Part shown: one piece after another, positions 24,243 through 38,083 of the stretch
Layout of the letters: each line of letters starts with the position of its first letter
Position numbering within the stretch: the stretch's first letter is position 1
Source: Chiloscyllium plagiosum
Taxonomy: Eukaryota
Length of the DNA stretch: 64,000 bases
NCBI RefSeq assembly: GCF_004010195.1
Contig: NC_057750.1
Location: 11,027,388-11,091,387, forward strand
Direction: 5' to 3'
Position numbers and translations under genes: made by a program
The notes under the pieces: generated by a model
What the model was told of the DNA's origin: nothing
Databases searched by the model: none
The model's input: the letters and a program-made list of their open reading frames with translations, nothing else

Positions 24243-24750
24243 TCCCAGAGCAGGGACATCACAGTGTTAGATACACAGTATAGCCTCCTCTACAACTGTC
24301 CCCATCAAACACTCCCAGGATAGAGACAGCACGGGGTTAGATACAGAGTAAAGCTCCCTCTATACTGTCCCCAGCAACACTCCCAGGACAGGGTCAGCAC
24401 AGGGTTAAATACACAGTATAGCCCCCTCTACACTGTCCCCATCAAACACTCCCAGGACAGGGTCAGCACAGGGTTAGATACACAGTATAGCCCCCTCTAC
24501 ACTGTCCCCATCAAACACTCCAGGATAGGGACAGCACAAGGTTAGATACAGAGTAAAGCTCCCTCTATACTGTCCCCATCAAACACTCCCAGGACAGGGT
24601 CAGCACGGGGTTAGACACATAGTATAGCCCCCTCTACACTGTCCCCATCAAACACTTCCAGGACAGGATCAGCACAGGGTTAGATACAGAGTAAAGCTCC
24701 CTCTACACTGTCCCCTTCAAACATTCCCAGACAGGGACAGCATGAGTTAA
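24243..24750 (+). repeat. About 69-bp tandem repeat, roughly 7 units
   Basis: Unit cccaggacagggtcagcacagggttagatacacagtatagccccctctacactgtccccatcaaacact. Confidence 0.9.
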
Positions 24751-25459
24751 ATATAAAGACCATCTCCCTCATTATCGTTATTCTTCACATCCTTCCCGGA
24801 ATTAAAACCACCTCCTTGCCTCCAGGGTGTTCCTGCATTTTCAGTTTACTCATTACCACAAAGTTAGCGTTTACTGCCTGTCCTTAATTGCGGTGATAGT
24901 AGGTCCGCTTTTTGGACTGGCTGTAGGCCACGTGGTGAAGATACACCCAGAAACAAGTTCCAGGAATGAATCTAACTCCCATTACCAACATCCTACCACA
25001 GGTTCACCTGGATCAGTCCTAAAACTACTGTGGCTGCACAAACACATCACACACTGAGTTCTGTGTATTCTGCAGCAAGTGACTCACCTCTTGCCCAGGG
25101 GTTCGTCACCTAGGTGACACGGCATTAGTCAGAGATGTGATGGACTAATCTCCCATTTGTCTCTCTGACAGTTGCCTTGTCCTCGGAATTTTACGCATAT
25201 CTATGGGATCCCTTCCTCAGTCTTCTAAACCCTGGAGAATATAGGGCCCAAATAAAAGAATTTATAAAACTGATGAAAAATAACGAAAGAAAGAGAAACA
25301 AAGTAGAAATTAAGATGAGCACCTGGAAAGCAAAGAGGATACATGAGAGAACAAATAAAATCAAACTGCAAAAGTAAAGCATGTGAAGACTGCCAAGAGA
25401 AAGAATCATCTATCTCCAGAAACTTAATGAAGAACCTCTCAAGGGTATTTAATAAATTG

Positions 25460-25597
25460 AGGAGAAAGTGAGGACTGCAGATGCTGGAGATCAGAGCTGA
25501 AAATGTGTTGCTGGAAAAGCGCAGCAGGTCAGGCAGCATCCAAGGAACAGGAGAATCGACGTTTCGGGCATAAGCCCTTCTTCAGGTATCTTCTCCC
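25460..25597 (-). mobile_element. PLE terminal-repeat family A with 15-bp TSD and intact hammerhead core (25558-25585)
   Basis: TSD gtatttaataaattg at 25445-25459 and 25598-25612; minus strand CTGAAGA-A-GGGC-ttat-GCCC-GAAACGTC. Confidence 0.85.
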
Positions 25598-25786
25598 GTA
25601 TTTAATAAATTGGCCTTCTAAGCTCCAGTGAGTAGAGTCCCAACCTGATTAACGTTTGCTCATAAGACAATCCCTACAGGGGATCATCCTACTGAACCTT
25701 CAGTGAATGCATCCAATGAAATGATATCTTTCATTAAATAAGAGGAACTAAAACTGCTCATAATACTCCAGACAGGAACAGCACAG

Positions 25787-26001
25787 GAGAAAGTGAGGAC
25801 TGCAAATGCTGGAGCTCACCGTCAAGAGGTGTAGTGCTGTAAAAGCACAGCAAGTCAGGCTGCATCTGAGGAGGAGGAGAATCGATGTTTCTGGCATATG
25901 CCCTTCATCAGGAATTCTCATCCCTGATGAAGGGCTTACACCCGAAACATTGATTCTCCTGCTCCTTGGATGCTGCCTGACCTGCTGTGCTTTTCCAGCA
26001 G
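25787..26001. mobile_element. Palindromic PLE terminal-repeat family A, two decayed hammerheads back to back
   Basis: ...gcccttcatcag gaattctcatcc ctgatgaagggc...cccgaaacat. Confidence 0.8.
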
Positions 26002-27531
26002 GAATTACACTGGGTCAGACAGAGTAAAACTCCCTCTACACTGTCCCCATTACAAGTAGACCTTCACTGAATGGTCAGGACACTCATAAGGAGCAAGAGA
26101 TTCTGAGCAGCAGCAGGATTGGGGAAAGGGTTAAATTATGAAGAGGAACAGGTGAATGGAAGAGGCGTTTTTGCTCTGCAGTAAAATAGGGACTTTCTAA
26201 CCCAGACAATAAAAGATGACTATGGGTTTGATGCAGGGAAGCTATTTCCTCCTGTCACCTGTGGGGATTTGTAAAAGAGAATATTGAACAATGAAAATCG
26301 AAGCAAGGTTAATCTCAGGAAGCTTCCCGTCTTCACAAAACTACTCTCCGCACACAATCGCAAGGAGGAAGGGTTCAATCTCTGTCAGAGAGTTTGGGGA
26401 GATGTGTGTGTGTGTGTGTGTGTGTGTGTAGGTGGGGAATGTGAGAGAGTGGGGAATGTTCGGGGGGGTGGGGGTGGGAGGTTGAGTCTTAATTGAGCAG
26501 TAGAACAAGTTCACTGCCTTAAGGGACTGAAAGAACTCCACATTCTGACTGTAATATTTCACATCAATTGGGCCAGGAGATGGTGAATGCCAAGATCTGA
26601 TTACAGGCATCCTGGAATTCCTAAAGGTGTTAGAAACTGAAGCTGCAGAAAATTAATTCCGTTATCAAATCTAACATTGGGCACAGCATTAGGGAGTGGT
26701 CAATTTAGCAGACTTACATTCAATAAGTAAAGTGACACATAACCCTGGTAATAGCCGGTAAAGGTCTGTGTCAGCCCTGAAGACTAAACAGCGCACACAG
26801 AACAATTGAGTCATTTCAGACCAGTTTGTCAGCTGTGGTGAACTCATAGCATTCTTACCTCTGAATCACAGAGTCGTGGTTCAAACCCCACTCCAGGGCT
26901 TGATGTATATAAAAAGCAAGGCATTTTCAAATTTTGTCTTATCACTTCATTGTTCAAAGTGTTGTCTTTCAGGTGGTACATCAGACCATCCCCTGGTGCT
27001 ATTTCCAAGGACAACAGTTATCCCCATTGTATGTCCCAGTATTAATGCCTCACCCAAAATACAGGTCATCCCATTGTTTTGTTATTAATGTGGTTAATAA
27101 TGATGGCAGAATGGGGAAGTTAGTCTGTGACACTGATATAACTAAACTCGAAGAGTCAGCCCTTCACGCACCAACTCAAGAGTCTACAACAAAACTGATC
27201 GCAGTTCTATGGTGAGGGGTCAGCCATTTAGGATTGAGAGCATGAGAAATATCTTCACTTAGTTTGTGAATCACAGACATGTTCCACCAAAGCAGTTAAT
27301 GAGTTTATATTTAAGAACACAAATCTATGGGACTGTTCCTTCAATGTTCTTGTGGACGCTAAAGGAATCAAGTGGATCCCTCACAAAGGGAAGCGAGAGC
27401 TGGGACATAAAATTGGAGAACATCCTATGGGTTACCATTGACTAGAACAATGGGAGTAGCAATTTGAATACCATGGCTACAAGAGCAGATCATGGTCTGG
27501 GAATCTTGCTGTGAGTAACTCACCTCTCGAC

Positions 27532-27920
27532 TCCGGAGTGTGATGGAACACTCCCCACTTGTCTGGATGGGGGCAGCTCCAATAACACTCAAGAAGCTCG
27601 ACACCATCCAGGACAAAGCAGCCCCCGCTTGAGTGACATCATATTCACTACTTTCAAGATTCATTGCGTCCACGAAGTTATGCTCAGTAGCAGATACAAG
27701 ATGCACTGCAGTATTTTACCAGGACTCTTTCAACAGAAACCACCAAACCCACAACTTTGCCATCTACGACAACAGACACATGGGGACACCACCCCATACA
27801 AGTGCTCTACCCTAATGGACAGTGCAGTTCAATAAGACAGTTCACCACCAACTACTGTACTCAACAGCAAATAAAGATGGGCAATAAATGTTGGCCCTCG
27901 CTGCTAACACCCATATTCTG
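27532..27920 (+). mobile_element. CR1/L2-group LINE 3' fragment whose tail matches SINE family 2
   Basis: RSVMEHSPLVWMGAAPITLKKLDTIQDKAA; ends gatgggcaataaatgttggcc. Related minus-strand fragments at about 2950-3230 and 53570-54045. Confidence 0.65.
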
Positions 27921-28436
27921 AAAAACAGAATTCAGATATTAATTGCATTCCATTATGACCATGAGTGGAGAGCAGATAGCACTTTAATTACAAGCAGCAG
28001 GAAGCTGTGATGATGAACACAAGCTAACTGTGATGAGAGATATGATAGTGCTCATTATGGGAGTTAGCATGACACAGAAGCCATTCAACCCATTGAGTCC
28101 ATGCTAGTCCAACGACGATGGGAGAAAAGACAGACAGACTGGCGTTGCTGGATGAGAATTCTCTCCCCTCGCAAAACTTCAGTTTTTCACTTCGCGATGA
28201 CACTCCTGCTTAAACCTCTCAATAGCTTCATCCCTCCCTTAATTCTAACTTGATTCATATAGAATTATAGAATTGCTACAGTGTGGAAGCAGGCCATTCA
28301 GCCCATTGAGTCCACACCAAAGAACATCCCACTCAGAGCCCCCCTCCCTCCCCAACATCCCTGTAACCCTGCATTCCACAAGACTAATCAACCTAACCTG
28401 TGCATTCCTGGACACCACGGGCAATTTCCCATGACC

Positions 28437-30012
28437 TGATGGTCTGCATCCCAAAGTACTTAAGGAGGTGGCTCTAGAAATCGTGGATGCATTGGTAATC
28501 GTTTTCCAATATTCTATCAATTCAGGATCAGTTCCTGCAGATTGGAGGGTGACTAATGTTGTCCCATTTTTCAAAAAGGGACAGAGAGAGAAAACAGGGA
28601 AATATAGACCAGTTAGCCTGACCTCAGTGGTGGGAAAGATGCTGGAGTCAATTATAAAAGATGAAATTACAACTCATTTGGATAGCAGTAACAGGGTAGG
28701 TTAGAGTCAGCATGGATTTACGAAGGGGAAGTTGTGCTTGACTAATCTTCTGGAATTTTTTGAGGATGTAACTCTGAAGATGGACAAGGGATAGCCAGTG
28801 GATGTAGTGTACCTGGACTTTCAGAAAACCTAAAGTCCCATATAGGAGATTAGTAAGCAAAATTAGGGCACGTGGTAATGGGGTCAAAATACTGACTTGG
28901 ATTGAAAATTGGCTGGCTGACAGGAAGCAAATAGTAGTGATAAATGGCTCCCTTTCGGAATGGCAGGCAGTGACCAGTGGTGTACCACAAGGTTCAGTGC
29001 TGGGACCGCAGCTGTTTACAATATACATTAATGATACAGATGACGGTATTAAAAGTAACATTAGCAAATTTAGTGATGACACGAAGCTGGGTGGCAGGGT
29101 AAAATGTGAGGAGGATGTTATGAGAATACAGGGTGACTTCGTCAGGCTAGATGAGTGGACAGATGCATGGCAGTTGCAGTTTAATGTGCATAAATGTGTG
29201 GTTATCCACTTTGGTGGCAAGAACAGGAAGGCAGATTACTATCTAAAAGGAGTCAAGTTAGGTAAAGGGGAAGTGCAATGAGATCTAGGTGTTCTTGTAC
29301 ATCAGTCAATGAAAGCAAGCATGCAGGTACTGCAGGCAGTGAAAAAAGCTAATAGCATGCTGGCCTTCATAATAAGAGGAACTGAGTATAGAAGCAAAGA
29401 GGTCCTTCTGCAGCTGTAGAGGGCCCTGGTGAGACTGCACCTGGAATATTGTGCACAGTTTTGGTCTCCAAATTTGAGGAAGGATATTCTGGCTATTGAG
29501 GGAGTGCAGCGTAGGTTCACGAAGTCAATTTCCAGAATGTTGAAAGATTGGAGTGACTGGGCTTGCATACACTTGAGTTTAGAAGGATGAGAGGGGATCT
29601 GATTGAGACGTATAAGATTAATAAAGGATTGGACATTCTGGAGGCAGGAAACATATTTCCGTTGATGGGCGAGTCCAGAACCGGGGGACACAGTTTAAAA
29701 ATAAGGGGTAGGCCGTTTAGAACAGAGGTAAAAACAGGTAAAAACAGTTTAGAACAGACTTGAGGAGAAACTTCTTCACCCAGAGAGTGTTGGTTATATG
29801 GAATGCTCTGCCCCAGAAGGCTGTGGAGGCCAAGTCTCTGGTTACTTTCAAGAAAGAGATGGATACAGCTCTTAGAGATAGTGGAATCAAGGGTTATGGG
29901 GATAAGGCAGGGACAGGATACTGATTGTGGATGATCAGCCATGATCATAATGAATGGTAGTGCTGGCTCGAAGGGTCAAATGGGCTACTCTTGCACCTAT
30001 TGACTATTGTCT
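28437..30012 (+). mobile_element. CR1 LINE ORF2 (RT domain), 5'-truncated, nested in an HE1 SINE (28258-28436 and 30015-30170, minus)
   Basis: KYRPVSLTSVVGKMLE, QHGF, SGVPQGSVLGPQLFTIYIND, KFSDDTK; premature stops and frameshifts. Confidence 0.9.
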
Positions 30013-31613
30013 ATTGACCAGTCCACCTAACCTGCACATCTTTGGACTGTGGGAGGAAACCCACACAGACAATGTGCAAACTTCACACAGACAGTTGCCA
30101 GAGGCTGGAATTGAACCTGGGTCCCTGGCGCTTTGAGCCAGCAATGCTAACCACGGAGGTATCATGCCGCCAATATAATTTGAGTACATTACATGATCAT
30201 CGAAACAAAAGGTAACATTTACATGAGATGCAGACTGAGTCAGCTTTTAATACTGTGTGTGATTCACCATATTCAAAATGACAGTTCATATTTATTCATT
30301 AGTCATGACATGTTGACACACTCTACACTACAGGCCAAAGGATTTTTTATTACAGTTTCCAATCCTTAGCTCCTACATCCCTACCTTGATTCTTTACTCC
30401 TTTAAAACTTTCTAACAATTGGTATACCTGTTCCCAACACAGACTGTGTTTTATACCCAATTCCCACCAGTGTGTCCCACATTAACCTGAATGCTATGAG
30501 TCAGGAAGTCAGACTACCCTCACTCTGCCAAGACTTGTTTTGAACTCATTTGGAGACCATCCAGACAATTTTGTAGCTGCAAGTCAGCACTCTCTGATGT
30601 TGCAGCATTCCCCTAGTTAGCTGGGATTATGCGGGACCCTTCCAGCAGACACCTTGGGGGAACTGTTACAAACGACCTTTGGTGCCTGCACCATTTTGAT
30701 GGGAACATCCACTGGTCAGGTAAGAGGAGAGATAGGCCATTCAGCTCTTTGAAACTTCTCACCCATTTAATTAAATGAAAGCCGCTATATTCTCAGTCTC
30801 CCTTTCCATTCGTACCACTGTAAAAAGGAACTATTGATTTCAATCTTGAAAGTTTCAATTGGCTCTCAGCAACCAGAGCCTGAGAGAAAGTTTTGCATTC
30901 TTCCACTGAAAGAAAATTCTTGATTTCACCGTTAAGTAGCTGAATTTTAAGACTGTTACTAAAGGAAATTGTTCCTCTATACCTACCCTATTGAAAATCT
31001 TTAATGGATTACGTCTTGGTATTAATATAAGATTTAGGTTCAAAATTTAGGTGTTCCATCACTGTAACCCATTCTAGCCCCATGAGGCTAACATGCCAGG
31101 ATTCCAGATAGGGTATGGTCAAGGATCTCTGGAATGGAGGCACACAAAGTAAAGTCCAATACTTAGCTTCCTAGCATGGCTTTTACATCTGTCCACTAAC
31201 GTTTAGCAATGAATGCACACAGACATCTAAATCGCTGCTCCTGCACAACTCCAAGCATTAAGAAAATATTCCTATTTCTCCTTCTTGAATCCCAGTTGGA
31301 TGACGTAACCCTTCTCCACTTTGGATGCTGGCTCCTATAGTTTTGGCCATTCACTTAATCTGTGGGTGCCCCTCTTGTCACTTAATGCTCCCTGCCCCTA
31401 CTTTACTGTATTCTACAACTTTGCAGTAGGAAATAGAATTTGCACATCCACGTCATTAATGGACATGGCAGATTGTTGAGGCCGCTGTTCACCTTTCTCA
31501 GAAACCTTATAGATTGCATCCCACCTCTTGCAGAACGTGGACCTTTCCCACACTCTCAATTTCTACTCTCCAATAGTGTGTACTATCATTTGGTCTTCTC
31601 TGCAAAACCTTAT

Positions 31614-32630
31614 CAAGAGTTTTCTGGAGGTGAGGCCTGTGACCTGTGGTGTTCCACAGGGATTGGTGCTGGGTTCACTTTTGTTTGTCATTTCTATAAA
31701 TAATTTAGATAAGAGGTACGGTTAGTAAGTTCAGGGATGACACCAAAATTGGCGGTATAGTGGACAGTGAAGAAGGTCAGCTAAGATTATCAAAGAGATC
31801 TTGATCAATTGGGTCAATGGGCTGAAGAGTGGCAGACGGGAGTTTAATTTGGAGAGGTATTGCATTTTGGTAAAACAAACAAGGACAGGACTTATACATT
31901 AAATGTAGGGCCCTGGGTAGTGTTGTAGAACAGAGAGACCTAGGGGTGCAAGTACATAGTTCTTTGACATTTGTATCACATACACACAGGACAGATAAGA
32001 AGATGCTTATCACACTTGCCTTCATTGCTCAGATCTTTTGAGCACAGGAGTTAGGATATCATTGTTGAGGTTGTACAGGACATTGGGTGCGACCTTTTCT
32101 GGAGTACTGTGTCCAGTTCTGATCGCCCTGTTATCGTAGGGATTTTATTAAACTGGAGAGGATACAAAAAAGATTTACCAGGGTGTTACCAGGAATGGAG
32201 GGTTTAAGTTAAAAGATAGGCTGGGACCTTTTCTCACTGGAGCGGAGGAGGTTAAGGGGTGACCTTATAGAGTTTTGTAAAATCATGAGGGGTATAAATA
32301 AGGTGAATGGCAGGCATCTTTTCCCAAGGGTGGGGGATTTCAAGACTAGGTGGCATATTTTTAAGGTGAGAAGAGAAAGGTTTAAAAAAGACATAAGGAG
32401 CAATTTTTTATTTTACATAGACAATGTTCCATGAGTGGAATGAACTTCCAGAGGAAGTGGTGGATATGGTACAGTTACAACATTTAAAAGACTTTTGGAT
32501 AAGTACATGAATAGGAAAGCTTTGGAGGGATATGGGCCAAGTGCAGGCAGGTGGGACTAGTTTATTTTGGGATTATGGTCGGCTTTGACGAGTTGGACTG
32601 AAGAGTCTGTTTCTGAGCTGTATGACTCCA
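31614..32630 (+). mobile_element. CR1 LINE 3' part
   Basis: VTCGVPQGLVLGSLLFVISINNLD plus CR1 3' UTR. Confidence 0.85.
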
Positions 32631-34890
32631 CATCTGTTTAAACGCGCCTCTCTCCATGCTGCCAATTGTCTCCCTAAATAGGTCAACTAGGTTAATCAAC
32701 TAGATTAACTAGACCTATACTTTGCGATTTCACATTGACTCCCTCTGGTCAGATCACACTAATTGATGTACATACTCACTCACTCTGACCCTGATTATAA
32801 TAGATTCCAATGATCTCCCTAAAGTTGACATGAACTTACAAATTCACTTCTTTCTTTCTCACACTTCTTAAATTACAATAGATAATTTCAGGATCTGCAG
32901 TTTTGAAAAATTAAGACTTACATCTCTGAAGTTCTTTGCATTCCATTTTGTTAATGCCCTGGTGTTGAAACTAGCAAGACACGAGATCTGACTTTCTGAA
33001 ACTACATTATTTATACCATTACTATCTTTTAAAAATCTTACAACCGTAAAGCTTTTCTTTTATATTTGTTCCTGGTATGTGGATGTCACTGATTAAACCA
33101 GATTATTATCCATCCTGAGTCACACAGAAGGCAGCTAAGAGTCAACGACCTTGCTGTGTCTGGGCAATGATGACAGATTTCTTTCACTGAAGGACATGAG
33201 GGAACCAGATGGGTTTTTCTGACAACGGACAATGGTCGTCTTTCGACCAGCTTTTTGTTCCATATATTTAGTGAATTCAAATTTCACCATTTAACATGGT
33301 GAGTTTCAAATCTTTGTCCCCTTAACTAAATCCACAAAATTTCTTGTGCAGATTATATTGTATCAGTTTTCCTCACTGTGAAAATCGACACAAAGTTTGC
33401 ATCTAACCAATCCATTATGGCTGTAACTACATCAACCGTCAACCCACCCAAATATCCCTTTAGTGCTTGCGTTCTCATCATCAACAATATTTTTTTATTC
33501 AGAAGAGGGTTGTCAAGGTTTGCAAATTGCAGCTATGAAGCAAGATTGGACAGGCCAGCACTATTTCCCTTTGAACAGAAGAGACAAGGAGTGGTGGCTG
33601 AGTGGAGGTTTACAATATCTTTTGAGGGACTTGGACAGAAGGGAGAGCAAAAACCTCTTGCCCATGGCAGAGGGGTCAATTACCAGTGGACACAGCTTGG
33701 CAGAAAAATAAGAGAGAACATGAGAAACATTGTTTTTGCCCAGACAGCTGTGGGTGGTCTGCAATCTGCTGCCTAGTTTGGTGGTTGAGACAGGAACTCT
33801 CAAACAATTTTAGAGGGACTTGGTACTGCACCTGAAGTTCTGAAACCTGCGAGGCTACAGACCAAGGGCCGGGAAGTGGGATTGGAATGGGAGGCTAGCT
33901 TATTCTGCTGCCACAGGCAAGCTGGCCTCTTTCGGTATTGTAACTTTCCTAGATACCTACACTTTAAAGCTCCCAATAGATTTTCCTGCCCCCTCATCAC
34001 TGGCTCGTGCGTGGAATGAAATGCCAGAGGAAGTAGTAGATGCAGGTACAGTTCCAACATTTAAAATAAATTTCGATCAGTCCATGGATAGGAAAGGTTT
34101 AGAAGGATACGGGCCAAACTCGGGCAAATGGGACTTGTTTAGTTTGGGAAATGTGGTCGGCACGGACAAGTTGGACTAAAGGGTCTGTTACTGTGCTGTG
34201 TGACTTGATGATGATGATGATGGCATTCCTTTTCTTATTTCTTACATCTACGTATCATTTATGACTTCTAGTAATTGTCACACACGTTGGGATTTCAGGG
34301 TCGTCTGAATTGATGTGAATATTTTAATTCTGGTTTGGCACTACCTTTATGACACAAGTAGAGCCATTGCCTTTCAGGGATATCATACATTGTTTTACGT
34401 TATACACTTGGTCTTAGCCTCTGAACATCCCTTTCTAACGCACTGGTCTCTCTCTGTCCTCCTGCTGTTCTTCCTTTTAAGATACTTCTCAAAATCTACC
34501 ATTTTGACCAAACGTTAGGTGATCTGACATTATGTGGCTCCATGTTTCAATCATTTCTAATTACTCAACCTTTTTTGCGCATGTTATGACACAGTTCCAG
34601 GCACTTGAACCAACACCTACTGATCAGAGGCACTGTACCACAACAGCCCTTCAAATGTTGTTTTACAATATTCCTATGAAGCATATGCTATTCGGTGAAA
34701 AGACACCATTTAGAAATAAAAATTGTTGCTCTGTTCTCATTGCTTGCTGTGGAGATTTGCAGATTTAGGGGGAAAGGTGATGGTCTAGTTGTATAAGTAT
34801 TAGACTTTTTATGCAGAGACTCAGGTACTGTTCTCAGGATCCGGAATCATACCCTGTACGGCAGATTTTGAATTCAATAAAATTCTGTAA

Positions 34891-35370
34891 GTCATAGAGA
34901 TGTACAGCATGGAAACAGACCCTTCGGTCCAACCCGTCCATGCTGACCAGATATCCCAACCCAATCTAGTCCCACCTGCTAGCACCCAGCCCATATTCCT
35001 CCAAACCCTTCCTATTCATATACCCATCCAAATACCTTTTAAATGTTGCAATTGTACCAGCCTCCACCACATCTTCTGGCAGCTCATTCCATACCCATAC
35101 CACCCTCTGCATGAAAATGTTGCCCCTTAGGTCTCTTTTATATCTTTCCCCTCTCACCCTAAACCTATGCCCTCTAGTTCTAGACTCCCTGACCCCATGC
35201 CCCTCGTACTTTTTTAAACCTCTATAAGGTCACCCCTCAGCCTCTGACGCTCCAGGGAAAACAGCCCCAGCCTATTCAGCCTTTCCCTTTAAATCAAACC
35301 CTCCAACTCTGGCAACATCCTTGTAAATCTTTTCTGAACTCTTTCAAGTTTCACAACATCTTTCCGATAG
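34891..35370 (-). mobile_element. CR1 LINE 3' fragment nested in a family-2 SINE
   Basis: RGERYKRDLRGNIFMQRVVWVWNELPEDVVEA. Confidence 0.85.
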
Positions 35371-35604
35371 GTATAAGGGTCTAATGATGACCGTGAAACC
35401 ATTGTCGAGAAAAAAGCCCACCTGGTTCACTAATGGGTGGTCTTAGGGAAGTCCTTTTGGGGAAGGCTCTCTGTCATTCTCACCCAGTTCTGGTCTGCAT
35501 GTGATTCTGACTCCTAACTGTCTCACTGGGCAATTAGGGATGAGCAATAAATGTTGGCCTAGCCAGTGAATAAAGTTTAAAAAAAACCTCAACAATATAG
35601 GGTG

Positions 35605-35925
35605 ACAGAATGGCTTAGTGGTTAGCACTGCTACCTCAGAGTGCCAGGGACCTGGGTTCGGTTCCAGCCTCAGGCGACTGTCTGTGTGGAGTTTGCATGT
35701 TTTCCCCGTGTCTACGTGGGTTTCCTCCCCCAGTCCAAAGATGTGCAGGTTAAGTAGATTGGCCATGTTAAATTGCCCATAATGACTAGGGATGTGCTGG
35801 TGGATTAGCCATGGGGAATGCAGGGATAGGGGAGGGGAGGTTGGGTCTGGGTGAGATGCTCTTTGGAGGGTTGGTGTGGGCTGGATGGCCTGCTTCCACA
35901 CTGTAGAGATTCTATGGTTCTATGA
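35605..35925 (+). mobile_element. HE1-type SINE
   Basis: A/B boxes, core, attctatg tail. Confidence 0.8.
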
Positions 35926-37009
35926 AAATTCAGCCTGGTGAACTCTGATCCACTTTATTTTGTAGTTTAATTCTAAAATCAGACCTCATATTAAATTCAA
36001 TGATATTATGGTTACTGTTTGCAAGAGAGTCCCCCGACTTCAGATTGTTAATGAACTCTTCTGCCCAGTCTGGTGACAACTCTGTGCTAAAATTCCCTCC
36101 TATCTTCCTATTCAAATGATTCCATGTCCCTCCCTGTCTCTGTCAACTTGTTCAGCTCAAAAGTCCCCAGCTATCTCTGCACACCTCCATTTCAAGCCTC
36201 CTGTACAATCGCTCCACCATCGGCAGCCACACCTTTGGCTGACTAGACTCATTGAAACCAAGCAAATAGGAGCAGGAGTAGGCCAATCGGCCCATTGAAC
36301 CTGCTGCACCATTCAGTGTGATCACAGCTGATCAAGTCCTTTCCAAATCCCTGTCTCTTAGTGTCTAAAACACTCCACCTCTTTGTCAAAACTTTTATTC
36401 ATCAGTCCCATTGTCTTGCATTGCTTCATGCCGTTTCTTTGTCTGATTATGCCCCTGTGAAGTTCCAAAAAGACATTTGACAACATGAAAGGTGCTTTAT
36501 AAATGCAATTTGCTGTTGTACCTGTTTATTACTCATCACTAAATCCAGCATGACTGGATTTCTTATGAATCCTAAAATATTGTCCTGGAAAATTGCTCCA
36601 ATAATTAATTACAGTGAACACACTAACAACAGAGTTGCTCGGGTACACGGTTAAAAACATATCCCAGGGTGCTTAATACTTTCAGCATGAACAGAAATCC
36701 TATTTACTTATGTCGGTTGCCATAGTGATAAAATGGGCACCCTTAAGAGGTGGACAAAAGGAGAGAACCCCAGCTTCTGTCCTAGTCTGGGCTCTGGGTG
36801 AGGGTCAGTGCTCTAGTTCCATCAGGCTTTGATCTGAGAGAGACAATCTCCTCCAGGATTGGGAGAGAATCATAGCTGTAAGTGTTGCTCTTTTTTTTTT
36901 TGAGGGTCTTTTCAATACTGAAGCTGATTTCCTTGATTCCTTGGAGCAGAAATTCCTGTTGTTACAAGTTTTGGCTTTGTTCTTGGAACTTTACAAAAAA
37001 ATTAATAAA

Positions 37010-37630
37010 ATCATGAGGGACTTGGAAAGCACGAATTGCCAAGGAGAGGGGAAAGGTTTAAAAGGGACCTAAGGGACAACCTTTTCACGCAGAGGGTGGT
37101 GAGTGTATGGAATGAGCTGCCAGAGGAGGTGGTGGAGGCTGGTACAAATACAACATTTAAAAGGCACCTGGATGCTATATGAATAGGAAGGGTTTAGAGG
37201 GATATGGGCCAAATGCTGGCAAATGGGATTAGATTAATTTAGGATATCTGGTCAGCATTGATGAGTTGGATCTAAGAGTCTGTTTCCGTGCTGTACATCT
37301 TTATGTTTGGATTTACTCCAGCCCAGATCCACACTTGTCCTGGCTCCTTACAAAAGTGGAAGGCATAGGATTAAAGTAAAAGGGGGTAAGTTTAAAGGAG
37401 AGGCAGTTTTTTTTTTTACACAGAAGGTAGCTAAGTGCCTGGAGTGGTTGCCAGAGATGGTAGAAGCAGATACAATCACAATGTTTAAGAGACATCTTGA
37501 CAGAGACATGAAAAGACAGGGAGTAGAAGGATACGGCTTGCATAAAGGCAAGAGGTCTTTAGATTTAGAAAGAAGTCATGTGTTGGCACAGGCTTGGTGG
37601 GTTGAATGGCCTGCTCCTGTACTGTTCTTT
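37010..37630 (+). mobile_element. Two adjacent CR1 3' fragments
   Basis: WNELPEEVVEA-type coding remnants at 37010-37305 and 37355-37630. Confidence 0.75.
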
Positions 37631-37696
37631 GATAGTGCTGTTGAATTGGCAACAAACAAGGAAATTTGACCTCTCCCAAATGTGGGATTATAACAG

Positions 37697-38083
37697 GAAC
37701 TGCTGCCTCACAGCGCTAGAGACCTGGGTTCAATTCCCACCTCAGGCAAATGTCTGTGTGGAGTTTGCTCGTTCTCCCCGTGTCTGTGTGGGTTTCCTCC
37801 GGGTGCTCTGGTTTTCTCCCACAGTCCAAAAATGTTTCCACACTGTAAGTAATCTAATCTAATCTAATCTAGTCTGTGTGTGTTTCTTCCGGGTGCTCTG
37901 GTTTCCTCCCAAAGTCCAAAAAATGTGCAGGTTAGGGTGAATTGGCCACGCTAAATTGCCCATAGTGTTAGGTGAAGGGGTAAATGCAGGGGAATGGGTT
38001 TGGGTGGGTTGCTCTCCGGAGGGTCAATGTGGTCTTGTTGGGCCGAAGGGCCTGTTTCCACACTGTAAGTAATCCAATCTAAT
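37697..38083 (+). mobile_element. HE1-type SINE with internal duplication and (AATCT)n tails
   Basis: gtctgtgtg...ccgggtgctctggttt repeated on both sides of an (aatct)n tail. Confidence 0.8.

Noticed and set aside
24243..24750. CRISPR-like regular array
   Set aside because: Whole units repeat with no unique spacers and no cas genes, in a vertebrate genome; it is a satellite.
36716..36729. RFX X-box-like gttgccatagtgat
   Set aside because: A single imperfect motif with no supporting promoter context.
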